Positions 34,746-49,049 of a stretch of DNA of 64,000 bases are shown one piece after another. The stretch is from Mobula hypostoma (Eukaryota). The notes beneath the pieces are model-generated. The model ran no database searches, had not been told where the DNA came from, and worked only from the letters and a program-made list of their open reading frames with translations. The DNA is taken from the NCBI RefSeq assembly GCF_963921235.1, contig NC_086097.1, positions 98,768,001 through 98,832,000 of the forward strand, given 5' to 3'. The position numbers and the translations under genes are program-made. The first letter of the stretch is position 1, and every line of letters begins with the position of its first letter.

Positions 34746-37700
34746 GTTCTGTGTAAAAGTAATTCTCCCTGAGTGCCCACCAATCCCTATACCAGTTACT
34801 TTAAACCTACAATTTCTCGCAACACCCCTCCCTTTCACTCTCCCCTCTCTCTCCTCTATTCCTTGCTCCCCAGTGATCTTCCCCCACCATGTCTTCACTG
34901 TTTTTTTATTCACCCACTGTCCTTTACCCAACCCCCAATCTCCCTCGGCTTTCATTGTCAATGTTGGTTCATTGGCTACTTTATTGTGGGAAATAGACCC
35001 CACCCCCCTTCATTTTGTATAATAGAGGCCGTTCGGTCCATTTGTGACCCTCTCCCTGTACACCAATTGCTTTGTTCAGAAGAAAGCCTGGGAAAGCTCT
35101 CGTTGTAGTTAGAGGTTCGAAGGGCTGGAAAGGACTATTCTGCACTGTATCTCAATAAACAAATCAATAAATTATTTGCAAGCTGTTTACTCCTGCTCTC
35201 TGAATTTGCATATACTGCATATCTGTCACTAAAAACAAATGACTTTGGCCACTCTTGCAGAACCCCATTGGAAGCAGCCCATAGTCACATAGAAGTTGCT
35301 GAACAATTTTGATCCCATTGGTCACTTGGAGAGTGCAAGCAGGTAGTTTTGAAACTAAGCTTTGACGTGGGACCTTGTCAAATGCTATGGTAAACTCTAA
35401 GCCATTCCAAATGAGCTATTCTCAAAAAGAAAATCAATTATTCAGCCTTTAATAAATTTATGCTGATTATTCTGGATTTCATGTTTCTGAATGATGAGTA
35501 ACAAGAATCATCCAATTCTGTCCTCGATTATCATCCAGATTTGACTGACTGGCTTTAAATTATTTTTTCCTGTAATCACTTTTAACAACATGAGTGGTCC
35601 TCTCGTGCCTCGCATCATGAGACAGCATTGGAAAATCACAAGCCCTGCCACTCTCTCCTTAATTTCTCTTAGTTTGGGATGCATTTCACCTAATTTTGGT
35701 GTTCTTCCTTCAACATTCATAGCTGCTGAATTCTTAACATTCATTCTGTGTACTTTGTCCATTGCTGCACACTTCTCCTGTTCTACAACTGTACTGCTGC
35801 TCTTTTTCTCCAGACACAAGGCAAACAACCCATTTCAGAACCACACGTGTATCTGCTTCCACACCAGACTGTACTCTTCCCTCGGTTATACAATCATAGA
35901 GATTTACAGGTCAGAAACAGGCCCTTCAGCCCATCAAGCAGAGTGTGCACTGACCCCATTTTATTCTTGCCTTACAGCAGGACACCTTATGTGCAGACAA
36001 GCACTGGTATCTTCACCCATATTTGGATCAATTTTCAGCAGCAGCCCATTTTCCTAATGTGATCTGAAAAGGTTCCAATAAACATTGGAACAGAGGCATT
36101 AAGGACCCTGGCCTGTCACTAAGGGCAACACACCAGCCCCTCATGGGTGACTCCTGCTGTCATTTCACTCAAGAAAGTCATTGATTAGAAATCAGGAAGG
36201 GCAATTGAAGCCTTGTTTGGTCTGATTACCTCCTAGAAAGTGAATTTGAGCTGTCTGGATTTCAGCCGTGAGGGTTTTCACTGAAACGAATAGAACTTTA
36301 CTGTCATTGCTCAAGACAACGAGAATGCAGTCTTACTCCCGTCCATGCAAAGCAGATATTTACAATGCATGCAGTGTGGCTTAATTTCAAAAAATCCCAT
36401 TTTTACATGCAACAGGTGGCTTTGATAGTCCATAACACAAAGGCCATTGGCAAGCCGGGTGTAGCATCATTCAGCTGCACAACAGCCCTCAGGAAGAATT
36501 TGTTTCTGCCTTTCTCTTGACTTTGCATCCTGCTTCACTGGGAGGGGCTTTTTACCCTGCTGTGATAAGACTGTTGAATGATCCCTGTAATGACCTCACA
36601 ATCTACCTCATCACGGGCGAGCACCTGTCTGTCTGTCTGCCTCTCGGTAACGGTAACACTCTATTCTGCATTCTGTTATTGCTTTCCCCTTGTACTACCT
36701 CAATGTACTGTTCTGACGTGATTTTAAACCTGGTTCTGATGCTGTTATGCAATGATCTGTATGAATGGCAAGGTAAACAAAGCTTTTCGCTGTACTTCAG
36801 TACATGTGATAATAATAAGCCAATTCACTAATTTAATCTCTGGAACCGGTGTGAACGAACCTATTTCCCCTCTGCAGGGAGAATCTAGTGGCGGCTGAGA
36901 ACCCTGCTGCTTCCTCTGGCTGCCAAGGCATGGCTGAGGCTCTTGGCTGAAGCGAGGTTGCCTGGAAGAAGCGTTCTAACTCAGCTACACTGGTGAGCAG
37001 CCTGGCCTCTGGCTGGCATGAAATTCCATCTGTTTGCACCAAACATACTTTGGTTAGAAACATTAGCAAGTATTGAATTCAGTGTGTACCGTACACACTG
37101 ACACCTAAGCCGGGGGAGGAGGGGTAGTAAAGCTTCTGGAGTGTGACTGCCGCTGATGGGACTCTTCACCCTGAAGATTCCGGTCCTGTTGAAGCCTGAC
37201 CAGTGCCATCGAAGGTCTCCAGCACCTACCGGTGTAGATCTTCCTGGCAACTTGAACACTGGGGAACAACAACTGTTGGGGGAACTGGGGGAATTAGAAA
37301 AGGGGAGTCAAAAGTGCAATGTTATGATAGTCATGGGAGATCTCAACATGCAGGTCGATTGGGAAAATCAGGTTGGTAATGGATCTCAAGAGAATGACTT
37401 TGTTGAATGCCTACAAGATGACTTTTTAGAGTAGTTTGTCATTGAGCCTACTAGGGGATCAGCTGTACTGGATTGCGTGTTATGCAATGAACCGGAGGTG
37501 ATTAGGAAGCCTAAGGTAAAAGAACCTTTAGGAGGCAGTGATCACAATATGATTGAAATTTCAATTTGAAATTCTGGTCAGGAGAAATTGAAGTCTGATG
37601 TAACAGTATTTCGGTGGAGTAAAGGAAATTACAGTGGTACGAGAGAGTAGTTTTCTATGTTTCTATGTTTCTATGTAATTGGAAGGTGATGCTGGCAGGG

Positions 37701-38947
37701 ATGACAGTAGAGCAACAATGGCTTGATTTTCTGGAAAAAACGAGAAAGGTCCAGGAGAGATGTACTCCAAAAACAAAGAAATACTCAAATGGCAAAATAG
37801 TACAACCATGGTTGACAAGGGAAGTCAAAGCTAATGTAAAAGCAGAAGAGAGGGCATACAACAAAGCAAAAATTAGCGGGAAGACAGAGGATTGCAAAGT
37901 TTTAAAAAATCTACAGAGAGCAACTAAAAGAATCATTAGGAGGGAAAAGGTGAAATATGAATGCAACCTAGCAAACACTATCAAAGTGGATGGAAAAAGC
38001 TTTTTTACTTTTTTACTGTGGAAGACACTAGCAGTGTGCCAGATGCTGAAGGATGTGAAGGAAGAGAAGTGATTGCAGTTACTATTACAAGGGAGAAGGT
38101 GCTCAAAAAGCTGAAAGACCTAAGGGGTACATAAGTCACCCGAACAGATGAACTTCACCCCTGGCTTCAGAAAGAGGTAGCAGTAGAGATTGTCGAGGCA
38201 TTAGTGATGATCCTTCAAAAACCATTGGACCCTGGCATTGTGCCAGAGGACTGAAAGATTGGAAATGTCACTCCACTTTTTAAGGAAGGAGGAAGGCAGA
38301 AGAAAGGAAATTATAGACCAGTTAGCCTGGCCTCAGTGTTTGGGAAGATGTTGGAGTTAAGGATGAGGTTATGGAATACTTGGTGACACAGGACAAGATA
38401 GGACAAAGTCAGCATGGTTTCTTTAAGGGAAGATCTTGTCTGACCAATCTGTTGGAATTCTTTGAGGAGATTATAAGTAGAATAGATAAAGGCGATGCAA
38501 TGGATGTTGTATATTTGGACATTCAGAAGGCCTTTGACAAGGTGTCACATATTAGGCTGCTTACCAAATTAAGAGCCAATAGCATTACAGGAAATTTATT
38601 GGTTAGGACATTGGCTGATTGGTAGGAGGCAGTGAGTAGGAATAAAAGGATCCTTTTCTGGTTTGCTGCCAGTGACTAGTGGTGTTCCACAGGGGTTGGT
38701 GTTGGGACCACTTCATTTTATGCTGTGTATCAAAGATTTAGATAATGGAATAGATGGCTTTGTTGCCAAGTTACAGATGCTACAAAGATTGTTGGAAGGG
38801 AGGCAGTGTTGAGAAAACAGGTAGGCTGCAGAAGGACTTAGACAGATTAGGAGAATGGGCAAGAAAGTGGCAAATGAAATACAATCAACACACATAAAAG
38901 TTGCTGGTGAATGCAGCAGGCCAGGCAGCATCTCTAGGAAGAGGTGC

Positions 38948-38983
38948 AGTCGACGTTTCAGGCCGAGACCCTTCGTCAGGACT
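38948..38983 (-). ncRNA. Minimal type I hammerhead ribozyme, intact core
   Basis: Minus strand: AGUC-CUGACGA-AGGgucucggCCU-GAAA-CGUC-GACU. Confidence 0.8.
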
Positions 38984-39277
38984 AACTGAAGGAAGAGCTA
39001 GTAAGAGATTTGAAAGTGGAAGGGGGAGGGGGAGATCCAAAATGATAGGAGAAGACAGGAGGGGGAGGGATGGAGCCAAGAGCTGGACAGGTGATAGGCA
39101 AAGGGGATACGAGAGGATCATGGGACAGGAGGTCCGGGAAGAAAGACAAGGGGGGGAGAACCCAGAGGATGGGCAAAGGGGTATATTCAGAGGGACAGAG
39201 GGAGAAAAAAGAGAGTGAGAGAAAGAATGTGTGTATAAAAATAAGTAACAGATGGAGTACGAGGGGGAGGTGGGACA

Positions 39278-39604
39278 TTAGAGGAAGTTAGAGAAGTCGA
39301 TGTTCACGCCATCAGGTTGGGGGCTACCCAGACGGAATATAAGGTGTTGTTCCTCCAACCTGAGTGTGGCTTCATCTTTACAGTAGAGGAGGCTGTGGAT
39401 AGACATGTCAGAATGGGAATGGGATGTGGAATTAAAATGTGTGGCCACTGGGAGATCCTGCTTTCTCTGGCGGACAGAGCGTAGATGTTCAGCAAAGCGG
39501 TCTCCCAGTCTGTGTCGGGTCTCGCCAATATATAAAAGGCCACATCGGGAGCACCGGACGCAGTATATCACCCCAGCCGACTCACAGGTGAAGTGTTGCC
39601 TCAC
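39278..39604 (-). CDS. GIY-YIG endonuclease domain fragment (Penelope-like element)
   Basis: FTCESAGVIYCVRCSRCGLLYIGETRHRLGDRFAEHLRSV...VATHFN. Confidence 0.75.
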   Translation of the reverse strand: MRQHFTCESAGVIYCVRCSRCGLLYIGETRHRLGDRFAEHLRSVRQRKQDLPVATHFNSTSHSHSDMSIHSLLYCKDEATLRLEEQHLIFRLGSPQPDGVNIDFSNFL

Positions 39605-40714
39605 CTGGAAGGACTGTTTGGGGCCCTGAATGGTGGTAAGGGAGGAAGTGTAAGGGCATGTGTAGCACTTGTTCCGCTTACACGGATAAGTGCCAGGAGG
39701 GAGATCAGTGGGGAGGGATGGGAGGGACGAATGGACAAGGGAGTTGCGTAGGGAGCGATCCCTGCGGAATGCGGGGGGGGGGGCAGGGAAAGATGTGCTT
39801 AGAAATGAAATACAATGTTGGAAAATGCATGGTCATGCACTTTGGTAGAAGAAATAAATGTGCAGATTATTTTCTAAATGGGGAGAAAAGCCAAAAATCT
39901 GAGATGCAAAGGGACTTGGGAGTCCTTGTGCAGAACACCCTAAAGATTAACTTGCAGGTTGATTCATTTCATGTGGTCAAGAGCAGGGATGTGATTCTGA
40001 GGCTTTATAAGGCACTGGTGAAGCCTCACTTTGAGTATTGTGAATACTTTTTGGGCTCCTCACCGAAGAAGAGATGTGTTGGCATTGGAGAGGGATCAGA
40101 GGAGGTTCACAAGGATAATTCCGGGAATGAAAGGGTTATCATATGAAGAATATTTGATCGCTCTGTGTGTGTACCCGCTGGAATTTAGAAAGATGAGGGG
40201 GGACCTCATTGAAACCTTTTGAATGTTGAAAGGCCTAGACAGAGTCGATGTGGTAAGGATGTTTCCCATGGTGGCGGCATCTAGGACAAGAGGGCACAGC
40301 CTCAGGATAGAGGAGCATCCATTTAGAACAGAGATGTGGTGAAATTTCTTTAGCCAGAGGGTGAAGAATTTGTGGAATTTGTTACCACAGGCAGCTTTGG
40401 AGGCCAGGTTGTCGGGGAGAAGGCCGGGGAGTGGAGCTGAAGAGGGGGAAAACGGGATCAGTCATGATTGAATGGTGGAGCAGACTCGATGGGCCAAATA
40501 GCCTATTTCTGCTCCTATATCTTATCGTCATATGGAGTCAGTGACCACACTGACATGTCCAATGCTGAAGTGATTTCTGGAACTCCCCTGTGGCCACGCT
40601 GCCAGCAGCCTCCACCAGCTCAGCTGTCCTTGTGCGTCTGCTCCGCAGCCTACTGTAACTGAGAGTCTAGACGGCCCCAGGGGAAAGCACCGTGGTCCCT
40701 GGAAGATAAGCTCT

Positions 40715-41215
40715 TAAGACACAGGAACAGAATTAGGCCATTCTGCCCTTCGTCTCCTCCACCAATCAATCATGGCTTCTTTTCTCAATCCTTTTCTCCT
40801 GGCTTCTCCTCATAACCCTTAACCCCATACTAATCAAGAACCTATTAATTTCTGGCTTCAATACCCTTAATGACTGATCTCCACAGTCCTCTGCAGAATT
40901 ACCTCCCTCTTTCCGCAGAAATTCCTCCTGATCTGTTTATAGGAACCCCTTTATTCTGATGTTGTGCCCTTAGATCCTAGAATCTCTCACCAATGAAAAC
41001 AACCAATTCATGTCTACTATCTCCAAACTTTTCAGTAGGTTTTAAAAAGATCCCCCTCTCGTCCTTCTAAACTCCATTAAGTACAGGCTCAGAGATGCCA
41101 GATGTTCCTTGTATGATTGGCCTTTTATTCCTGGGATCATTCTTATGGACTTCTTCTGGACTCATCAGGGGCAGCACATCATTCCTCCGATATAAAATTG
41201 CTCAAAATATTACAG
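40715..41215 (-). mobile_element. Decayed CR1 3' fragment
   Basis: Reverse CR1 terminus (aggaacagaattaggccatt) and decayed ORF2 end. Confidence 0.65.
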
Positions 41216-41324
41216 ATGAAGATGTCCCAGGCCAGAACTGTGGTCCTTGTAGGATGGCCTGAGAAAGGATAGAGCTATAGATTTAGATTGAGATTCACTT
41301 ATTTATCAGATGTACAATGAAAAA

Positions 41325-44300
41325 TAAGACAATAAGACCATAAGATATAGGAGCAGAATTAGGCCATTTGGCCCATCGAGTCTGCTCTGCTATTTCATCA
41401 TGGCTGATCCATTTTCCCTCTCAGCCCCATTCTCCTGCCTTCTCCCCGTATTCCTTCCTGCCCTGACCAATCAAGAATCTGTCAACCTCTGCCTTAAATA
41501 TACATAAAGACTTGGCCTCCACAGCCGTCTGAGGCAAAGAATTCCACAGATTCAGCGTTCTCTGGCTAAAGTAATACCTTCTCATTTCTGTTCTAACAGG
41601 ATGCCCCCCTATTCTGAGACAGTGTCCCCTGGTCACATCCTCTCCACATCTGCACTATCAAGGCCTTTCAGCATTCAATACGTTTCAGTGAGGTCACCCC
41701 TTGTTCTTCTGAATTCCAGTGAATACAGGCCCAGAGCCATCAAACACTCATCAAGTGACAAGCCATTCAATCCTGGAATCAGTTTCATGATCCTCCTTTG
41801 AACTCTCTCCAATGTCAGCACATCCTGCCGAAACTGCTCACAATATTCCAAGTGAGGCCTCACCAGTGTTTAACAAAGCCTCAACATTACATCTTTGCTT
41901 TTATATTCTAGTCCCCTTGAAATGAATGCAAACATTGCATTTGCCTCCCTCACAACCAACTCAACCTGCAAATTAACCTTCAGGGAATCCTGCACAAGGA
42001 CTCCTAAGTCCCTTTACACTTCAGATTTTTGAATTTTCTCTCCACTTAGAAAATAGTCTATGCTTTTATTTCTTCTACCGAAGTGCAAAGCACACTTCCC
42101 CACTGCCACTTCTTTGCCCATTCTCCTAATCTGTCTAAATCCTTCTGTAGCCTCTCTACCTCCTCAAAACTACCTGCCCCTCCATTAATTTTCATATCAT
42201 CTGCAAACTTTCCAACGAAGACATCAATTCCATTATCCAAATCATTGACATATAATGTTAAAGGACTTGGTTCCAACATAGACACCTGTCACAAGCAGCC
42301 AACCAGAATAGGCTCCCTTTATTCCCACTCTTTGCCTCCTGCAAATCAGCCACTGCTTTACCTATGCTAGAATTTTTCCTGTAGCTTGTAAAGCAGCCTC
42401 ATATGTGCCACCTAGTCAAAGGCCTTCTGAAAATCCAAGTACACAACATCCACTGATTCTCCTTGGTCTATCATGCTTGTTTTTTCTTCAAAGAATTCCA
42501 ACAGATTTGTCAGGCAAGATTTTCCCTTGAAGAAACCATGCTGACCTATTTTATCACATGCTTCCAAGTGCCCCGAATCAACATTTTTAACAATTGACTC
42601 TAACACCTTCCCAACCACTGAGGTCAGACTAATTGGCCTATAATTTCCTTTCCTCTGCCTCTCCCTCTTCTTGAAGAGTGAAGTGCATTTGCAATTTTTC
42701 AGTCTTCCAGAACCATTCCAGATCTAATGATTCTTGAAAGATCATTACCAATACCTCCTCAATCTCTTCAGCCACCTTCTTCAGAATCCTGGGGTATACA
42801 CCATCTGGTCCAAGGGACTTGTCTACCTTCAGACCTTTCAGTTTTCCAAGAACTTTCTCCCTAGTAATGGCAACTTCACACACTTCTGACCCCTGACACT
42901 CTGGAACTTCCACCAAACTGCTAGTGTCTTCCACAGTGAAGTCAGATGAAAAGTACTTATTCAGTTCATCCACCATTTCCCTGTCCCCCATTACTACATC
43001 TCCAGCATTGTTTTCCAGTGCTCCAATACACACTCTTGCCTCTCTTTTACATTTTATGTATTCGAAGAAACTTTTGGTATCCTCTTTAATATTGCTAGCT
43101 TACTTTCATAATCCATTTTCCTTCCTAATTATTTTTTAATTGCCTTCTGTTGATCTTGAAAAGCTTCCCAATCCTGAGTTCCCACTAATTTTTGCTCTAT
43201 TATATGCCCTCTCTTTGGTTTATATGTTGGCTTTGACTTCTCTTGTTAGCCATGATTAGGTCAGTTTGCCTTTAGAGTACTTCTTCCTCTTTGGGATGTA
43301 CATATCCTGTGTCTTCTGAATAGCTTCCAGAAATTGCTGCTCTGCCATCATCCCTGCCAGTGTTCTTTTCCAATCTGTTCTGGCCAACTCCCCTCTCATG
43401 CTCTGCTGTGATACTGATACATCTGACTTTAGCCTCTCCTTCCCAAGATTCAGGGAGAATTTGATGATATTATGATCATTGTCCCCTCAAGGTTCTTTTA
43501 CTTTAAGCTCTCTAATCAAGTCCTGTTCATTACACAGCACCCAATGCAGAATAGCTGATCCCCCAGTGGGCTAAACCATGAGCTGCTCTAAAAAGCCATC
43601 TCATAGCTATTCTAGAAATCCCCCTCTTGGAATCCAGCACCAACCTGATTTTCTCAATCTACCTGCATGTTGAAGTCCCCCATGTCTATTGCAACATTGC
43701 CCTTTTGGCATGTATTTTCAATCTTGCATTGTAATTTATAGACCACATCTTTATTACTGTTTTGGGGGTCTGTATATAACTCCCATAAGGGTTTTTTAAC
43801 CCTTGCAGTTCCTTAGCTCTACCCACAACGATTCAAAACCTTCCAATCCTATGTCACCTCCTTCTAATGACTTGATTTCATTTTTTACCAACAGAGCCAC
43901 ACCACCCCCCTTGCCTACCTGGCGGTCCTTTTGATACAGTATGGATTCCTTGGACATTAAGCACCCAGCTATACTCTTTTTTCAGCCACAATTCAGTGAT
44001 GCCCACAGCATCATGCATGCCAATCTGTAACTGTGCTACAAGTTCATCTACCTTATTCTATGTACTGTGAGCATTCAGATATAACCCCTTCAGTCCTGTA
44101 TTCATCACTGTTTTCAATTTTGTCCCCCTTTTACATTGCAGTTCCTCCTGTTGACTGAAATTTTGCTCTATCATCAGCCTGTCTTTGTTGGCAGTCTCAC
44201 TACACACTGTTTGTAAACCAACTACCTCATCCCCAGCCCTATCACTCCAGCTCCCAACCCCCTGCCAAATTAGTTTAAACCTTCCCAAACAGCTCCAGCA

Positions 44301-45460
44301 AAACTACCCGCAAGGATTTTGGTCCCCCTCATGTTCAGGTGTAACTTATCCTTTTCGTCCTTCCCTTCCCCAGAAGAGATGCCAATGATCCATAAATCTG
44401 AACCCCTGTCCCCTGCACCATTTCCTCAGCCACACACTCACCTGTCAAATCATCCTATTCTTACCCTCACTGGTACGTGGCACAGGCTGCAATCCAGAGA
44501 TTATTACGCTGGAGGTCCTGTTTCTCAGCTTTCTACCTAGCTCCCTAAAATCTCTCTTCAGGACCTTTTCACCTTGTCTACCTCTATGTCATTGGTGCCA
44601 ATATGTGCCAAGGCTGCCCCCCTCCCCTTTTAGAATGCCATAGACCTGATCTGAGACGTCCCTGACTCTGGCACCAGGGAGGTAACATACCATCTGTGTG
44701 TCTCTATCGCAGCCACAGAATCTCATCTTTCTTCTAACTATGGAATCTCCGACCAACACTTGCATTCCTCTTCGCCTCTCTGGCCCTCTGAGCCACAGCA
44801 CCAGACTCAGTGCCAGAGAAGGGGTCACTGTGCCTGGTGGGTTGCTCCCTCAATAGCATCTAAAGTTGTATAATTATCATTGAGGGGAATGGCCACAGGG
44901 GTACTGTGCACTGGCTGTGCATTTCCCTTCCTTCTCCTGACGGTCACCCAGTTACCTTGTCTCCTGCAACCTAGGGGTGACTACCTTCCTGCAGCTCCTA
45001 TCTATCGCTTCCTCAGTCTCCCGTATAAGCAAAAGGTCATCGAGCTACAGCTCCAGTTCCTTAAAACATTCTTTCAGGAGCTGCTGTCAGTGCACCTGGT
45101 GCAGATGTGTTTATCTGGGAGGCTGGGCATCTCCCAGACTTCCCACATCCCACACACAGTACAAAGCACTGTCCCTGGAGACATTCTCACTAAACTACTG
45201 TGCCCTAACAGATGAGAAATGAACAAATAAGACCAAAAAGAGAGAAACTTACCAGATACTTAACCTCGCCCAAGCCTGATCTTGCCTAAGCTTGATGAGC
45301 CCAAGGCACTGTAAACACTGGCCCACTCAAAAGGATGGTCACTCTGCTTGCTCTGGCGTTATGTTTATTTGCCCTTTAGAATTAATCCCTTTCATTGACT
45401 GGTCACAGCCCAGCTCAGAGATACTGCCACGGAGCTCTGCCTTTTAAATCTTGATTGTGC
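41325..45460 (-). mobile_element. Near full-length decayed CR1 LINE (ORF1 with esterase, ORF2)
   Basis: (TCTTATGG) tail at ~41330; RT motifs GKFADD and QHGFFKGKSCLTNLLEFFE; LYLNAHS endonuclease start; ORF1 LVGDSIVR at 44589-44828. Confidence 0.88.
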
Positions 45461-46242
45461 CCTGGTTGAAAAGTTAACTCTATTTGCGCATAGTAAGTAA
45501 ACTTGCAGTGAAATATGTTGTTGCTTTAATATCGAACACAACCTAAGGAGGTGTTGAGGGCAGTGCACAGGTGTGGCCGCACATTTCAGTGTTAACATAA
45601 CATGTCCACAATATTCAGCAGAACAACAGCAACAGAAACTCCTTTCGTCTCTCCCACCCACTCACACACACAGACATCCCTCCAAGCCCTCCAGGACAGA
45701 CCGCGCCTCCTGCCTCCATTGGGATTGCATTCACACAGACACTGATCTCCAGCTTCCCCCAGTCGACTCACAGAATTAGGGCTTTGGCCAGCAGGTCTTG
45801 ACTTCTAGACTTCTGATCGATCTTTAGGCTTCTACGTTCGGTATCGAGCCAGTGCTTGTCAATGATGGAGCCCTGAACTCCAGGACTGAAACTCCAGCCA
45901 CGCCGATGACTGGACCCTCAACTCCAGAACTCAAACTCTGGACTTGCTAATGACAGGGCCCCAAGCTTCAGGCTTTGAACTCTGGGCATACCATCTTGTG
46001 TTTCTGGGAGGTCACTGGTCCTTGTATCTCCTGCCCACACAAACTTCCGAACCTGTTCACTGATCCTGTGGGGGATTCGCTGATCTGGCTAATCTGATCA
46101 TGAAATAATACGGATGACTGCTGACAGATGTAATTGAAAAGCTGTGTCCTAACTTCATTCTCTGTGTATTGGTTGGGGTTGGTACAAGGGGGGTGGTAGA
46201 TCTGAGTAATGGTTTAGATCCTTCTGTATTTATACACTCAAA

Positions 46243-46965
46243 GAGAGGGTCAGTAACTTTAAATTTCTGGGTGTCACTATCTCAGAGGATCTGTCCTGTC
46301 CCATGATATAAATATTACTGTGAAGAAAGCACGGAAGTGCCTTCTCTTCCTCAGGACTCTGCAGAGGTATGGCACGTCATTGAAAACCTTGGCAGACTTC
46401 TGTAGATGTGTGTGGAAAGTATGCTGACTGTCTGCATCACGGCCTGGTACGGGAACAACAATGCCTTTCAGTGGAAAATCCTACAAAAGATAGTAGATTC
46501 AACCCAGTACATCACAGGTAAAGCTCTCCAAACTATTGAGCATGTGTACATGAAATGTTGTCACAGAAAAGCAGCATCCATCATCAAAGGTCCTCACAAG
46601 CCAGGGCATGCTCTTTACTCTCTGCGGCTATCAGGTAGAAGGTACAAGGGCCTCAGAACTGGCACCACCAGGTTCAAGAACAGTTACTACCCCTCAACCA
46701 TCAGGCTCTGGAACAAAAAGGTATTTAAGGACTCGTTTAAGGGCTCTGTTATATTGTTACATTGATGGATATTATTTTGTTATTTCTTGCTCACTATTTA
46801 TTGCTATTTACTTACCTCTATGTTTGCACATTTTGTTTATAGTTTATGGTTTACAGTTACTGATCTATAGATTTGCTAATTATGCCCACAGGAAAAGAAC
46901 CTGTAGTTTGTACGTGGTGACGAGTATGTACTCTGATAGTACATTTTCCTTTGAACTCTGAACTT
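46243..46965 (+). mobile_element. Rex1/Babar-type LINE 3' part
   Basis: ERVSNFKFLGVTISEDLS; CVESMLTVCITAWYGN; RFKNSYYPSTIRL; (TGAACTT)n tail. Confidence 0.85.
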
Positions 46966-47524
46966 TGAAAATACTTATAAAATAAGATCATAAGACATAG
47001 GTGCAAAGTAGGCCATTCGGCCCATCGTGTCTGCTCTGCCATTTCATCATGGCTGACTTGTTATCTCTCTCAACCCCATTCTCCTGCCTTCTCCCCATAT
47101 AACGATGGGTCTAGAGCAGGAGTAAGTCACTGATTTGATAGCCGAATGCCAGCACGGATATGAAGAACTGCTGTGCAAGTTAGGCTTCTATATTATCTAC
47201 AGTGGGTTATCTCAGGTAATGGTGACCTTGCCTCTCCCTGAACACAAGCTCCCTTCCTTCCCCCTCATTGATGCTGATGATATCTCAGGCTGTAGATTAT
47301 TTACTGTAGTACACACAAATACAGCTCTGTTCCTGAGGTGTGTATTGAGTGAAAACATTCACTGTTGTGTGGACAACTCAAACAAAGGGTTCAGGATATC
47401 CCCTGAGCTGGGTTCCCTTCAATCTTGTGCAACACAGCTCACACCATCTCACCTCACCTCAGCCAAGGTTCTTTCCAATGTCCCTCTACATCCAGGCTCG
47501 GGCTCGAGGGGCTGAATGGACTGT

Positions 47525-47738
47525 TGCTGCTCTACTTTCTCTCTTCTTGGTGAAATGTTACTGTACGGTTATCAACACTCTGTTCCTCGTCTCTGCTGCT
47601 CGAGTTTCTCTCTTCTTGGTGAAATGTTACTGTATGGTTATCGGCCCTCTGTTCCTCGTCTCTGCTGCTCGAGTTTCTCTCTTCTTGGTGAAATGCCACT
47701 CTACAATTACCGACCCTCTGTTCCTCGTCTCTGCTGCT
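47525..47738. repeat. 69-bp tandem triplication
   Basis: tttctctcttcttggtgaaatg starts at 47536, 47605 and 47674. Confidence 0.92.
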
Positions 47739-49049
47739 GAGATTTCTGGCCCAGCTTTGGACGACGGCTGCAACATGACTGCGCTGTGCAGGTTTGGCAG
47801 TCTACAGACTGAGCAAAGGTGATGGATAGTATCACCGTCATCATGGATGGTGCTTGTGATACTGACACTCGGAGGGAGAGCAGGCTGATGATGGAGTGGC
47901 GAGAGGATTATGCAGACTGGATGTCCTGGGGCAACCTCCCCCGTGCTCAGCTGGCCACTGCAGTTATCGCTGCCCTTAAGGGAGGGCTGCTGGCCTTTAG
48001 CAGGATGATAGCCCGGAGCTTGTTGAGACCCTGTTGATTTTGCTACATCCTCTGCTCTCAGTCTCCTCCTGATCTTGTGTGCATTCAGTTGAACTATCTT
48101 GCTTTTGGGACAATTCCTCTGGAGGAGGGTGTGATAAATCAGCTACGGTGCTCCTGAGGATGGGGTAGGGGTGGGTGTTTGTAAAGTCTTTAGCCTTGAA
48201 CTTCAGACTCCTCCACTGCTCTCTACCAGTAACGGATATGATACTCGTACATTAACCCAGCCTACCTCCTTGGCTATTTGTCTGTCCATCGTCATTTGCA
48301 GCTGGGCTTTTCCCTCACCTCAATTTAACTCTGCCAGCACTGCTTACGGACGTAGGCTTGGTGAGGTGGCCCCCACCCTTTGGTGCTCCTGATGTGCTCT
48401 TCTAGACTTGCTGTTGGACCAGGTTTGCTTCTGGTTGACACTAACTGCAGGGTGATGGAGATGCTGGGACGTGGTGGAGTACAGCTCTGCTACTGCAGAT
48501 GACTTCCTTCAACTGATCTTGAATCATTGGATATGATCTGATGCCAGTCCACTTCATTCACAATGTAGGGTGTTGTAAACTTATGCCAGAAAGTTTCAAA
48601 AGGGACAGATATACTGTAACTACACCAGGATGAAGATTAGGTCAAGAAGATTCTGTCAGCACATTTGCGATTAGCAAGATCTCCCCACAACATCTCAGCC
48701 AGCAGCAGTCCTTCATTGTCTACACCCAATGTCACACAGTTTTTCTGTTTTCTCCAACCTTCTCTGTCTCCACAATTTAAAACTGCTGCTTCCCATTATT
48801 TTGACCTGCGGCATTAACTCTGTGTCTCTTTCCACAGATAAGGCACAGCCTATTGAGTATTTATGGCAGGTTTGCAGCATCTGCGGTTTGTTGAGATTGA
48901 GGGAGGAGGTGGTCCGCAAGGGATAGGGATCTCGAAAACAAAAGAAAAGATGTTTGAGGTGAAAGGAAGGAGTTTTATGGGGAATCTGAAGGGATTGGTA
49001 TTTCCAAGGGTTATGTTTGCAGATGAGAATTGCAGCAGGGTTTTGATCA

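Larger units (their letters stand above)
38886..39802 (-). mobile_element. Penelope-like (Neptune) element, 5'-truncated
   Basis: GIY-YIG ORF at 39278-39604 and CKRNKCYTC knuckle. TSD AAATGAAATACAAT at 38872-38885 and 39803-39816. Confidence 0.92.
37285..40535 (+). mobile_element. Decayed CR1 ORF2 and 3' end, interrupted by a Penelope element
   Basis: VMGDLNM, SDHN, NYRPVSL, QHGFFKGRSCLTNLLEFFE, KAFDKV and RGDLIETF motifs plus terminal stem. Confidence 0.88.
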
